Of a DNA stretch of 64,000 nt, positions 27,495 through 38,863 are shown in pieces. The translations under genes were made by a program, and so were the position numbers. A model generated the notes under the pieces. That model was not told where the DNA came from, searched no databases, and saw only the letters and a list, made by a program, of their open reading frames with translations. The stretch spans positions 112,344,001 to 112,408,000 of the forward strand of contig NC_043002.1 in NCBI RefSeq assembly GCF_006345805.1. The letters run 5' to 3'. How positions within the stretch are numbered: the stretch's first letter is position 1; the number at the start of each line of letters is the position of its first letter. The stretch comes from Octopus sinensis (lineage: Eukaryota).

Positions 27495-30325
27495 TTCTGA
27501 AAGACTCTCAGATAGTTCTTAATTATTTACTTAAAAGCAAGAAATAGCAAATCACCAAAGGTTTCAAGTAGTGCCTTCTCTTGTGACTCAAAGAGATAAT
27601 ACTCTCCCTGGAGTGCGAGCTGTACCCATCAATGCAGTCTTCTGGAGCCTGACGGTAGCTCCAATATTCTTAATATGCTTTTCAAAGACCTTGGAAACTG
27701 CTCCTAATGCTACAATTACCACCAGTATCACTATTACATTCTTCATGCCCAATAACTGTCTTATCTTGCCCCGCAGTGGCTGGTATTTCTCAATCTTTTC
27801 TGTTCCCTTATACTTCCCTCTCGAATCGCCTGGTGTTGCAACATTTATTATATTTACTTCCTTTTCATCTCTATGGACGATCACGACATCTGGTCGTCTC
27901 GCTTCTATGACTTGATTGCACTTCAGGTTAAAATCCCAGAGTATTTTGTAAAGTTCGTTTTCCATACTTCTTCTGGCTTGTTTTTATACCATTGTTCGGC
28001 TCTCTGGAGCTTTGCTTTACCGCACAACAGCCAGTGAACATATCTGGCCAAATTGTGGTGTCTCCTTTTGTATTCGCGATGTGCGATTTTAAGGCATTCA
28101 CTAACAATATGGCTTATACTTTCTCCCTTCTCAGAGCACATCCTACACTTTTATCAATGTGATATTTGGAGTAGTTTGTTCTGAGAGTCAGTGCTTTTAT
28201 CAATGTGATATTTGGAGTAATTTGCTCTGAGAGCTTGTTTTCAGTGGGCCCTTTAAGTCACCTTTCTGCATCCATTGCGAGGTTCTATTCCAATCAACCT
28301 CATCTTTATTCTTCAAGAACTCACTGTGCATTTTCTTGTCCTGCCAAATTTTCTTTATCTGCTCTCTCCGGTCTTTCTTAAACTGTGTTGGATCTACGGC
28401 TTCGTTCACTTTTAAGGTTCCCGGCATTTTCACTGCTTTAATCATTTCTTCCTTACTCCCCTTGACATACTAAGTCCGGCTTTTCTCCTCTTCCCCTACA
28501 CAACCTTCACAACACACCAATTCCCGTCCTCTTCCTTTACTCTTTACATACAATCTTCACACATCCCTCTTAGGGTGTAGTTCCTTGTTCATTGTCATTA
28601 ATTTACGTGTTCTCCGGTTTATTTCTTGTAAGCAGTTTAAGGCTTACAATGTCATGTGGTCTCCTGTAGTCCACCTATGCCATCGCCAAATTTGTGTGTT
28701 TCTTCTTGCAGTCAGCCAGGAAAGTCTTATCGATTAGTAATTGGTCCTTCGTTCCTCTGCTCTTACATCTACACCCTTTTTGTTCCACTGATAGTAGGTC
28801 GTTCGCATCTAGGTACTTAAAGATGCTGTCTGATATGATGCCCGTCACCAGTTTCCACATCAGTAGCAAACAAGATATTGGTTGGAAATTTCCAACAGTA
28901 TTACTTTTACTTGGATCCTTCTGGCATTGTACCGTTCTTCCTTTTGTCATCCAGGTCGGTACTTAGATGTTACTACTCAGTATTTCGTCCATCTGTGTTG
29001 CAGTTCTCCTGTGCAGAGCTGTCAAGTTTTTAAGCCTAAAGCCCTGAACCACATCTGGGCCAGGCGCTTTCCAGTTAGGAATTTCCCTGCACTGATCTCC
29101 AATCATCTCTTCGGTTATTCTCAAATCCTCCTGCTGATACTCTCCACTCCCCACTTTGAGTGTCTTTAACCACTCTGCTTCAGTTTCGTGCTGTTTCTCC
29201 TGTGACCATGTTTGACCAAATACTTTTGCTTTCTTCAGCATTCAACACGGCCTTTTCACCTTTTTCTTTCCCATCCAGTTCCTCACAGCCTCGTTTCTGA
29301 TTTTGTTCGAAAAGTCTGTTTAATCTGTACTGCTCAATTCTCTGTTCATATCTCCTAAGTTTAACTTTCAACGTCTGTTTTAATTCCCCAATAACAACAT
29401 TGATTCCCTTTCTTCCTCTGTAGCTCAACGTATCTCTGTCGCTGTACTTCATTTATCTTTTTTTACCGTTCTAGAATATTAATGTTTTCTGGTCTCGTTA
29501 ATAGACTGCGTTATTCTCCTTTGCCACCATGGTTCCTTCAGGTTATGTTGACATTTACCTTTGGCTTTCAATCCTAACTTCCAGGACATAATGATCGAGA
29601 TTGCATTTATCAGATTGTTGGTGTCTGTGATGTTGTCAGCCCTGATATCACCAGTGATATCATCTATCTTCCTGCTCCATTCATTCAGTTTTTTTCTGTC
29701 TACTTTATTAAACCCCGTGTGAAAGCTCTGTTCACCAGAGGTCCAAATATCAATGATTTCATTTAAAATGGGTATCTGTTCCTCAGTTCTCTCATCTCTT
29801 TCCTGATCAACAATCTCAGCCTTATGCTCTTTTTTTCCCTTTAACTATACTGCCATAGTTTCACTGTCTGCATCTGCTTCCTCATCCTTCCGTTCACCGC
29901 TGGTCTTACTATCCCTAAGCACCTATCTCTTAATGTTATCTAGTTTAGCTGGAGATAACCATTCTTTCTTTGTGATGGCTCTAGCTTGGCCACACAGATT
30001 TTGCTCACTTAATTCAAATAGACCTCTGTCGCTCCATACCTTCTTCATTCTTTTCCTATATCCCCTATCAGGTACTTCATTATCTTTTCTCGGATTGCCC
30101 AGAAAGTATCACTCCATTACAACCACATTTATTTCTCTTGTCCACCATCATTTTGGCAGTTGCTTGATGACGACTGGGCCCACACTGCTCACCCGTGGGG
30201 CACCCGCCGCACTAGAGACCTTCATAGGATGTTCCAGCCTCATTCACGCCGTTCTCGTTTCTATTTTTATTTGACATTTCAGCACTCATGATAAGGGTTC
30301 GTGAATTTTAAGGTGCACAACCACC
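27495..30325 (-). mobile_element. Decayed R4/Dong-type non-LTR retrotransposon (RT, CCHC, RLE endonuclease)
   Basis: Minus ORF pieces: [32 protein letters not shown]...EQKGCR...[10 protein letters not shown] (RT N-terminal motifs), ESISHIVSEC...YKRRH (zinc knuckle), RRPDVVIV...EKIEKYQPL (PD-(D/E)XK nuclease); many stops and frameshifts; flanked by (TAA)/(CAA)n. Confidence 0.85.
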
Positions 30326-30342
30326 ATTATTATTATATTATT

Positions 30343-30875
30343 GAGTGAGAGAGCAGTGCACGCCATCGAAGTGACACTGGGGTAAAATATACGAAGCCCA
30401 GTATACCCATCATGACTACCCATCTGATAAGGGTACACCAGGTACATGCATCACAACCATATGTGCGCGACATGGTGATCTCCTATCAAGATAAACACCG
30501 CATGACCTTGCAGGTGGGTCCCAGTTACAATTTTCTTCAGGTCGAGTAGCCCATCCCGCTGAAAGGTCCCTGAATAAGGTTGTTTAAGGATGTTGAACGA
30601 AACACCCATGTTTCCAAAAGTGAATTATTCAAACACCAAAGTATCCCTCTCAACACATGGCTATGATGCTCCCTCACTACTTCTGCTCATGATCTGAGAT
30701 GCATATATCGTCAGCCACTAAGGGACATGCTCAACTGGTTATGGTCAAACAACTGACAAGCAAATCTGTGGTATTGAGCAGAATATTTGCTGTAGCCTAT
30801 CTTTTATACCAAGACAAAACAATTTACATGATAACACTTTCAAACGAGAGCCACTGCCTGGTACTGCATCAGGGC
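30343..30875 (-). mobile_element. About 550-bp (TAA)n-associated non-coding element
   Basis: Homologous to 20523-21072; (TAT)n on both sides on the plus strand. Confidence 0.8.
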
Positions 30876-30949
<74 letters not shown>

Positions 30950-30965
30950 TATTATTATTATTGTT

Positions 30966-30998
<33 letters not shown>

Positions 30999-31053
30999 AT
31001 TATTATCATTATTATTATTATTACTATCATCATCAGCAGCAGCAGCATCATTT

Positions 31054-31162
31054 AGTGAGAGAGCAGTGCATGCCATCAAAGTTACACTGGGGTAAAATAT
31101 ACGAAGCCCAGTATACCCATCATCACTACCCGTCTGATAAGGGTACACGAGGCACTTACATC
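31054..31162 (-). mobile_element. 5'-truncated 3' end of the (TAA)n-associated element
   Basis: Near-identical to 30345-30450. Confidence 0.8.
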
Positions 31163-32086
31163 AATATGTAAGGAATGGTTAGGAGTAGAATGTCTTTTAA
31201 TCTTATTTCCGTTCGATCTGATCTAACCGTCAACAAAACAATGACAACACGAAAATAGCACTCAGTTGTATTTCAGGTCCAGATCAGCAAAGAAGGAAAT
31301 GCTAGCTATGATCAACCCGTAGTTTTTTTTTATTCTTCTTGCAAGCATTGCGTATTTAGGACTACATTGACAGTGTGTCATTGCCCTTTTAAAGACAGGC
31401 GTACCTAATGTGAGGTAAATTTGTTGGTCATTTCTAAGAAGCAAAATGACCATGTAGAAGATGTGATTGTTGTTGTTGTTGTTGTTGAATAGTTCCAGAT
31501 CAGCTTTAATCCAACACATCTATGATCGAGGACATACAGCCGTGACCATCTCGCCATTTTCTATGTGTAGAGAACTCTGGACCACATTATTTAACGAATC
31601 ATTTGTTAAAACTGTATTATGGAATTTGAGAAAATTTGGCTATTACATCTACCAGGTCGACAGCTGTGTACAGGCTTGCTCAAGATGTGAATGAAGAAAG
31701 TCAGAGGTTTCTAAAGTAGTTATAAATCAACTTTGTGAATATTCAGCCAATTCGTTGTATTCTGTTAAGAAAATTTCAACAATTCTCTTGACTCATGTCC
31801 CTCTGTCTCTTTCTATCTCTACGTCCTTCTTTTCCTTCTTTTCCCATTTTCCGTCTATATTTGTGTATGAGTGTGTATATATGTCTATATGTATTTGTGT
31901 ATATGTACCTTGGTTGGAATGTGATTTTGTTCGTATTTGTGAGTGTATTGAGAGGTGAGGGTGCGTGTGAGCAACATATATCAGAGATAGACAGACAGGA
32001 AAATAGACTCTCTCTTCTTCAATTAATACACACACACACACATACACACACACAACACACATACACACCATACACACACACATACA

Positions 32087-32124
<38 letters not shown>

Positions 32125-32244
32125 TACATACATACACATATATACACAGACATGACAGAAATAAATAGACAAACTTTTAATCGTTAATATTTACTTAAAT
32201 CTGGATTATACATTAAAATCATTTATTAGTTATCGCAATATGAA

Positions 32245-32309
32245 GGCCGACCAGTGCCTTGTGAGTGGATTTGGTAGACGGAAACTGAAAGAAGCCTGTC
32301 GTATATATG

Positions 32310-32346
<37 letters not shown>

Positions 32347-32363
32347 GTATATATATATATATA

Positions 32364-32403
<40 letters not shown>

Positions 32404-32600
32404 ATTTGTGTGTCTGTGTTTGTCCCCCTAGCATTGCTTGACAACCGATGCTGGTGTGTTTACGTCCCCGTCACTTAGCGGTTCGGCAAAAGAGATCGAT
32501 AGAATAAGTACTGGGCTTACAAAGAACAAGTCCCGGGGTCGATTTGCATGGCCGCAGTCAAGTGACTGAAGCAAGTAAAAGAGTAAAAGAGTAAAGAGTA
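32245..32600 (+). mobile_element. 5'-truncated SINE family C inserted in the Tc1 3' region
   Basis: ggccgaccagtgccttgtgagtggatttggtagacgg...tail gtaaaagagtaaaagagtaaagagta. Confidence 0.85.
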
Positions 32601-32601
32601 T

Positions 32602-33551
32602 CTAACATTTAGTAGACATTCCCTTTGCATTTTTCAATGCAAGGACCCTATTAGGCATGCTACTGATCAGACAAAGAATACTATATTGAAGAATTTCTTG
32701 CTTTCATGCAGTTATCTCAAAAGATTTGGCTTTGAAGATGCTTTCTTGTTCTTTTTACGAAGTATCCTGCCCATTATGCCCCAGAGGTGTTCAATAGGAT
32801 CCATATCTGGTGACTTGCTTGGTCATGGACGCTTTTAAATGCCATTCTCTTCCAACTAATCTTAGGTCTTTTTAGCCGTGTTCTTTAATCATTTCTCCAC
32901 TGGAGAAGATTGAATGGGTCCTTTCTGATAAATGGACACGTATTTGTCTGAGATCATACTTTCCTCACGCTCTACAAGCTCTGCTCGACTATTGCTCCAA
33001 ATTGTTCCCCAGATCATTACAAAATAACCGCCTTGTTTCATTGTTAGCTGAAATCTTTTCACGTCAAATTTTTGATCTCACAGCCACCAGATCCACACTC
33101 GACCACTATCAGAAAATATTCTCTGGACTCATCAGAGAATATGACAGTGTCCAAAATACTATGGCGTCCCTACCATCTCACTGGCCCAATGTTTTCTCTA
33201 CTTGATATCCGCTGGTAGAAATGGCTTCCTTCTTGCTGCTCTGCCATAGTAGCCATGTTTGTGGAGACACCTGACAGTCGTTCTGGGACTGAAATAAATT
33301 TGTTCTGCTATGTTAGAGACCTTGCAACTAGGATTAACCACAACACTTCTCTTAACAAAGAGAAGGGTCTTGTCAGAGGGTCCTAGTTGACCTGGGTTAG
33401 GTGATAGGGATTCCTTCCCCTCTCTTGTGAATTGCACAATCACTCTTTTAACTGTAGAAAACGGGATCCCAAGGTCTGCACTTTTACGGTGACTTAGTCC
33501 AGCTTCGGATTGGCCCACAATACAACCTCTTTGAAATTCGGACAGTTTCAA
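32602..33551 (-). pseudogene. Decayed Tc1 transposase
   Basis: MKLSEFQRGCIVG...YYGRAARRKP (HTH), DTVIFSDES, GGYFVMIWG, PSKSPDMDPIEHLWG, SMPNRV...AKGMSTKC*; the segment carrying the second catalytic Asp (QDNAP-like) appears to be missing. Confidence 0.85.
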
Positions 33552-33902
33552 GGCTTCTTTTGTGCGTGGTATGACGAAACAGTCACATATAGAACCTGAA
33601 ACATAAAAATGTCAATTAATAAAAAATATAAACCTTTTCAAGTTAGAATAAACATAAAACGATGTTTTATTGCGTGTCTATTTAATTCTGTCATGTCTGT
33701 GTATATATGAGTGTGAGCGTGTGTGTGTGTGTGTGTGTGTGAATATGTGAATACGTATATATGCGTATGTGTATTTGAGGGCATGTATCTTGGTTTGAAT
33801 GTGCATTTGTTCGTATTCGTGAGTGTATTAGGTGGTGAGAATATGTGTGTGCAATATATATCAGGGATAGATAGACAGGAAATTAGTTGCGCTCTCTTTC
33901 AG

Positions 33903-33938
<36 letters not shown>

Positions 33939-34081
33939 TCACAAATGAGGGCAAAGGAAAAAATTTCCAATGCCAAATATGCCGAAAAATTGGACATATT
34001 GTCCATTAACCATATAATTTCATCACAAAGCGCACGCTACTCGAAGAAAGGCCGACAGAAATTTGTAAAAAATTCTATTAT

Positions 34082-34139
34082 TACCATATCGGACCGATTT
34101 CAGAGTTAGCTACTAAGAGCCCTCTCTTCGTCAGTGATA
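34082..34139 (-). ncRNA. Type I hammerhead ribozyme (minimal, canonical core)
   Basis: Exact inverted copy of 34376-34433. Confidence 0.8.
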
Positions 34140-34375
34140 CATGTGGCAGAAGAAATAAATGAGATACTTACTCATACCCATTAGATATAAATTTAAGCGT
34201 TCACTTCCGGACTATCTCACTCTGTGAGAGCCTTCATTTCAAATCGCACGTGTCTTGAATGGGCTGGAGTATTTCTATTTTGGATGTATTTGGGGTACTT
34301 AATTGTGCTCATGACTTAGTGTTTGCTTCTTCCATGGGTATGAGTAAGTATCTCATTTATTTCTTCTGCCACATG

Positions 34376-34433
34376 TATCACTGACGAAGAGAGGGCTCTT
34401 AGTAGCTAACTCTGAAATCGGTCCGATATGGTA
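34376..34433 (+). ncRNA. Type I hammerhead ribozyme (minimal, canonical core)
   Basis: uauca-CUGACGA-agag(loop)cucu-GAA-AUCGG(U)CCGAU-A-uggua: 5-bp stem I, 4-bp stem II, quasi-palindromic stem III; predicted cleavage after A34428. Confidence 0.8.
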
Positions 34434-34684
34434 ATAATGGGATTTTTTAGAAATTTCTGTCGGCCTTTCTTCGAGTAGCGTGCGCTCTGTGAAGAAATTA
34501 TATGGTTAATGGACAATATGTTCAATTTTTCGGCATATTTGGCATTGGAAATTTTTTTCCTTTGCCCTCATTTATGAATTGTTTATAAATTTAACCTTTA
34601 AAGATTTTTTTTTTGATATGCTGGCCATTGATGAAATTTTTTTCGAAAAGAATATTTTTTTTCGAAAGAAATTTTATCCTCATT

Positions 34685-34730
<46 letters not shown>

Positions 34731-36293
34731 TATATATATTATGTATGTATGTATATATGTATATATGTATATATGTATGTATGTATATATGTATGTATGT
34801 ATATATGTATATATGTGCGTGTGTGTATGAGTATGTAGGTATGAATGTCTGTGTGTGTGAAAGTGTTTGAGTTCGTATGTGTTTGTGCATGGGCATGAGT
34901 GCATATACCTGTATGTAAATATTTGTATATTTGTATATTTGAAGAAATATGTCAGTATAAGTGTATGTGAGTATATGCCTGCACCTGAATTTGTTTTTTC
35001 CTTGTTTCAGTCATGACATGACCTAGGGTAAGGGTAAAGACCCCCCCCCACCTCGGTCATAAATAGGCCATGGGATTGCACCTGTGGCGAAGAAATTTGC
35101 TATGAAGTCCCGAGGATCTCAATCTCAGCATAGAAAATTTTACAAGTTTTGAATGGATTTAATGTGCGTGTTTGTGTTTATGCGTGTATGCGTGTGTGTT
35201 TGAGTATAAAACGAGGACATCATAAGGTTATGGACTAGCCCTACAGGGCATTATTTTAGAGTAGAGGAAGGGAAAATGCCAGAACCGATAATTTAGTCGG
35301 TTTACAAGAGGTCCTTTTACACGTAATATGTACGTATGCGAGGTGGTGACACCGATACAAAGGAAACAGATAGCTTTAAAAATCTTCATTTAATGTGCCG
35401 TATGAAATTCGATAAAATGCGAGCGGTGAAAGGGGTGGCATTTTTCGAGAAAGTACTTTTAGCATAACTATCAAGATTTGAAAATGGAGAAGGGAGAGCC
35501 ACCAAAGTTTGGCAGGCACCTTTTTTTCAATAAGGGGAAAATAGTTTGTAACAGGGGCGGGGGCTGCGGATTGTGAATGCATTGGGATGTCGTTTAAGGT
35601 TTCGATGATGGCCTTACAGGAGCTGCAGTGCTGGGTAAGACTGTTTCAGTCTCCACAGACGGTAGTAGCCATGTTTATTTGCCTGAGCTGAAGGGGATTT
35701 CTTCGAGTTAATCTTTAGTGAATATTGCCTACATCTATATACGGAGGTCTACGTGGAAGTGCGTGTTGCATATATATATATATATCACACCATCAAAGAT
35801 AGATATGGTATAAGATCTATGCAGCTGGTAAAAATCATTGATGCCAATTTTGTTTGAAAAAGTGTTTGCTCTATTCTGAAATTTGACAGATGTGTCTCCT
35901 TAGATTGTCTTCCGATTGAGAAATAGATGTGAGACCTACTGTCAGCTTTTTGTCTCTCATAATTGACTATCACTCTTTTAACATCTTTAAAATCTCGCTT
36001 TTGATCTGACCGTTAGTTATTATAGCTTGTTTTTTTCTTCTTTTTATCTCATGCTTTCAAATAAACATCATGCGCCCAAAACGATACGTACACACATGCG
36101 CACACACATGCGCACACACAAACATACAAAACACTCGTGCACAAAACACATTCTTTGTACATACAAGTATTGTATTTATGATTATGCATATATGTATACA
36201 CACCCCATGTGTATATATATGTGTGTGTGTGAGTGTGTGCACGTGTGTGTGTGTGCGTGTGTGTGTGTATAATGAAAAGAATAATAATAATAA

Positions 36294-36337
36294 CAACAAT
36301 AATAATAATAATAATGATGATGATGATAATAATAATG

Positions 36338-36408
<71 letters not shown>

Positions 36409-36411
36409 AAG

Positions 36412-36442
<31 letters not shown>

Positions 36443-36500
36443 GGAAGAAGAAAAGGAGGAAAAGGTGGTAGAGGTGGAGGTGAAAGAGAAGGAGAAGAAG
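36294..36500. repeat. (AAT)n(AAG)n compound microsatellite
   Basis: Direct reading. Confidence 0.95.
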
Positions 36501-36616
36501 GAAGTGAAGAAGTGTACTTATACAAACACTCGCGTAGACACAGGCAGAGACACGCACACAGATATACACACGTTCACACATGCAGCATATATAAATTTGT
36601 GCGTGTGTGTATGCTC

Positions 36617-36653
<37 letters not shown>

Positions 36654-36919
36654 CCTATGTGTGTGTGTATGTATAAGAATACATATTAATATAAGTATGG
36701 CAATTTATACAAACAGCAATTTATAAAGCTACATATAATAAACGTATGATATTTCTTGCGCATAAGTGATTATACGCGAATGCATGTGACTGTGTATATG
36801 ACTAGATGAGTCATTGGAAGTTTAATATAGATGTGTATTGCTGTTTCTCTGAACAGATACATGCTTACATACACGCTCACAAAAATATACTTTCATATAT
36901 GTGTGTATGTACTTATGCA

Positions 36920-36975
<56 letters not shown>

Positions 36976-37600
36976 ATATATATACATACATACATACATA
37001 CATATATCATATATATATATATATATATACTATATATATTATATATATATATAATATATATATATATATATTATATCCTACATACATCATACATATATAC
37101 ATAATATATATAATATATATTACATATATATATATTAAATTATATATATATAATATAATATATTAATATATAATATTATATATAATCACACACACATATA
37201 TCGTATTAAATGGCATATTTTCTTCTCACCGAACATATGGATATATATATATAGATGTGTATGTATGTATATGTATGTATATATATGTATGTATGTATAT
37301 ATATATATATATGTGGGTGTGTATATATATATATATATATATTTATATGTATACACACACAAACGCACATATATACATATATGAGTATATATTATATATA
37401 TGTGCGTGTGTGTGTGTGTGTGTGTATAAACGACCAAATCTCAGTGCAACGCCTATTTAGACTCACCCAGCCAAGGAACGTTTGTCATACTCGCACGCAT
37501 AAATACGAAAGATATGTCTCTATAAATACACACACACCTACACACCTGATGAAAGCACACGCAGGTTATACGTTATTCCAGACAAATACGCACACATTCA

Positions 37601-38024
37601 TACTCTTTACTCTTTTACTCTTTTACTTGTTTCAGTCATTTGACTGCGGCCATGCTGGAGCACCGCCTTTAGTCGAGCAAATCGACCCCGGGACTTATTC
37701 TTTTGTAAGCCCAGTACTTATTCTATGGGTCTCTTTTGCCGAACCGCTAAGTAACGGGGACGTAAACACACCAGCATCGGTTGTCAAGCAATGCAAGGGG
37801 GACAAACACAGACACACAAACACACACACACATACACACATATACATATATACATATATACGACAGGCTCCTTTCAGTTTCCGTCTACCAAATCCACTCA
37901 CAAGGCATTGGTCGGCCCGGGGCTATAGCAGAAGACACTTGCCCAAGATGTTACGCAGTGGGACTGAACCCGGAACCATGTGGTTGGTTAGCAAGCTACT
38001 TACCACACAGCCATTCCTGCGCCT
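37601..38024 (-). mobile_element. SINE family C, full length (duplicate at 39161-39582)
   Basis: Head, internal microsatellite and (actctttt)n tail as at 24404-24771. Confidence 0.9.
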
Positions 38025-38369
38025 ATGTTCACATACAAATACAAAAATGTACATACGTTCAGCATACACAGGCACGCACATACGCACACACCGATACATG
38101 CATCCTAAACACATTTGCATGCGCACGCGTATATAGCAGGTATTAAACACACGTACACATACGCACACACATATATACACACGCATACACTCACAACTAA
38201 TTAAACGCATGCAGCTGATATACACAGTTGACACATGCATTTACATATATCCATACACGAGTACTCGCACACAGCCCTCACTCAAATACCAGTTTAAACA
38301 AGCCCTCTCCGTACAGACATACATAGACATCAGACTTCTACAGCTGCGCACACGCTCATCCTGTACACA

Positions 38370-38422
<53 letters not shown>

Positions 38423-38450
38423 ACACATGTACTCTGCCGGCCATATTTCT

Positions 38451-38863
38451 TATTTCTTATTTCTTTATTGCCCACAAGGGGCTAAACATAGAGGGGTCAA
38501 ACAAGGACAGACAAAAGGATTATGTCTATTACATCGATCCCAGTGCGAAACTGGTACTTAATTTGTCGACCCCGAAAGGATGAAAGGCAAAGTCGGCGGA
38601 ATTTGAACTAAGAACGAAACGGCAGACGAAATACCTATTTCTTTACAACCCACAAGGGCTAAACACCGAGAGGACAAACAAGGACAGACAAACGGATTAA
38701 GTCGATTATATCGAGTCCAATGCGTAACTGGTACTTAATTAATCGGCCCCGAAAGGATGAAAGGCAAAATCGGCCTCGGCGGAATTTGAACTCAGAATGT
38801 AACGGCAGACGAAATATGGCTACACATTTCGTCCGGCGTGCAAACGTTTCTGCTAGCTCGCCC
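38451..38863 (-). mobile_element. SINE family B tandem 1.8-mer with a single 14-bp TSD (duplicate at about 39995-40405)
   Basis: Full B joined to a 5'-truncated B at about 38634; TSD ccggccatatttct at 38437-38450 and 38864-38877. Confidence 0.85.

Larger units (their letters stand above)
32145..33701 (-). mobile_element. Tc1/mariner DNA transposon with 27-bp TIRs and TA target
   Basis: cacagacatgacagaaataaatagaca (32145-32171) vs the reverse complement of 33675-33701: 26/27 identical; TA on both sides. Confidence 0.85.
33934..34582. mobile_element. PLE-type inverted repeat: about 248-bp arms, 152-bp spacer
   Basis: 33934-34181 is the reverse complement of 34334-34582 with few mismatches; each arm contains an HHR. 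Confidence 0.85.

Noticed and set aside
30780-30875. HDV-like ribozyme or U1/U2-derived 5' end of the (TAA)n element
   Set aside because: I could not build the nested double pseudoknot by eye, and the snRNA similarities are about 11 nt or shorter.
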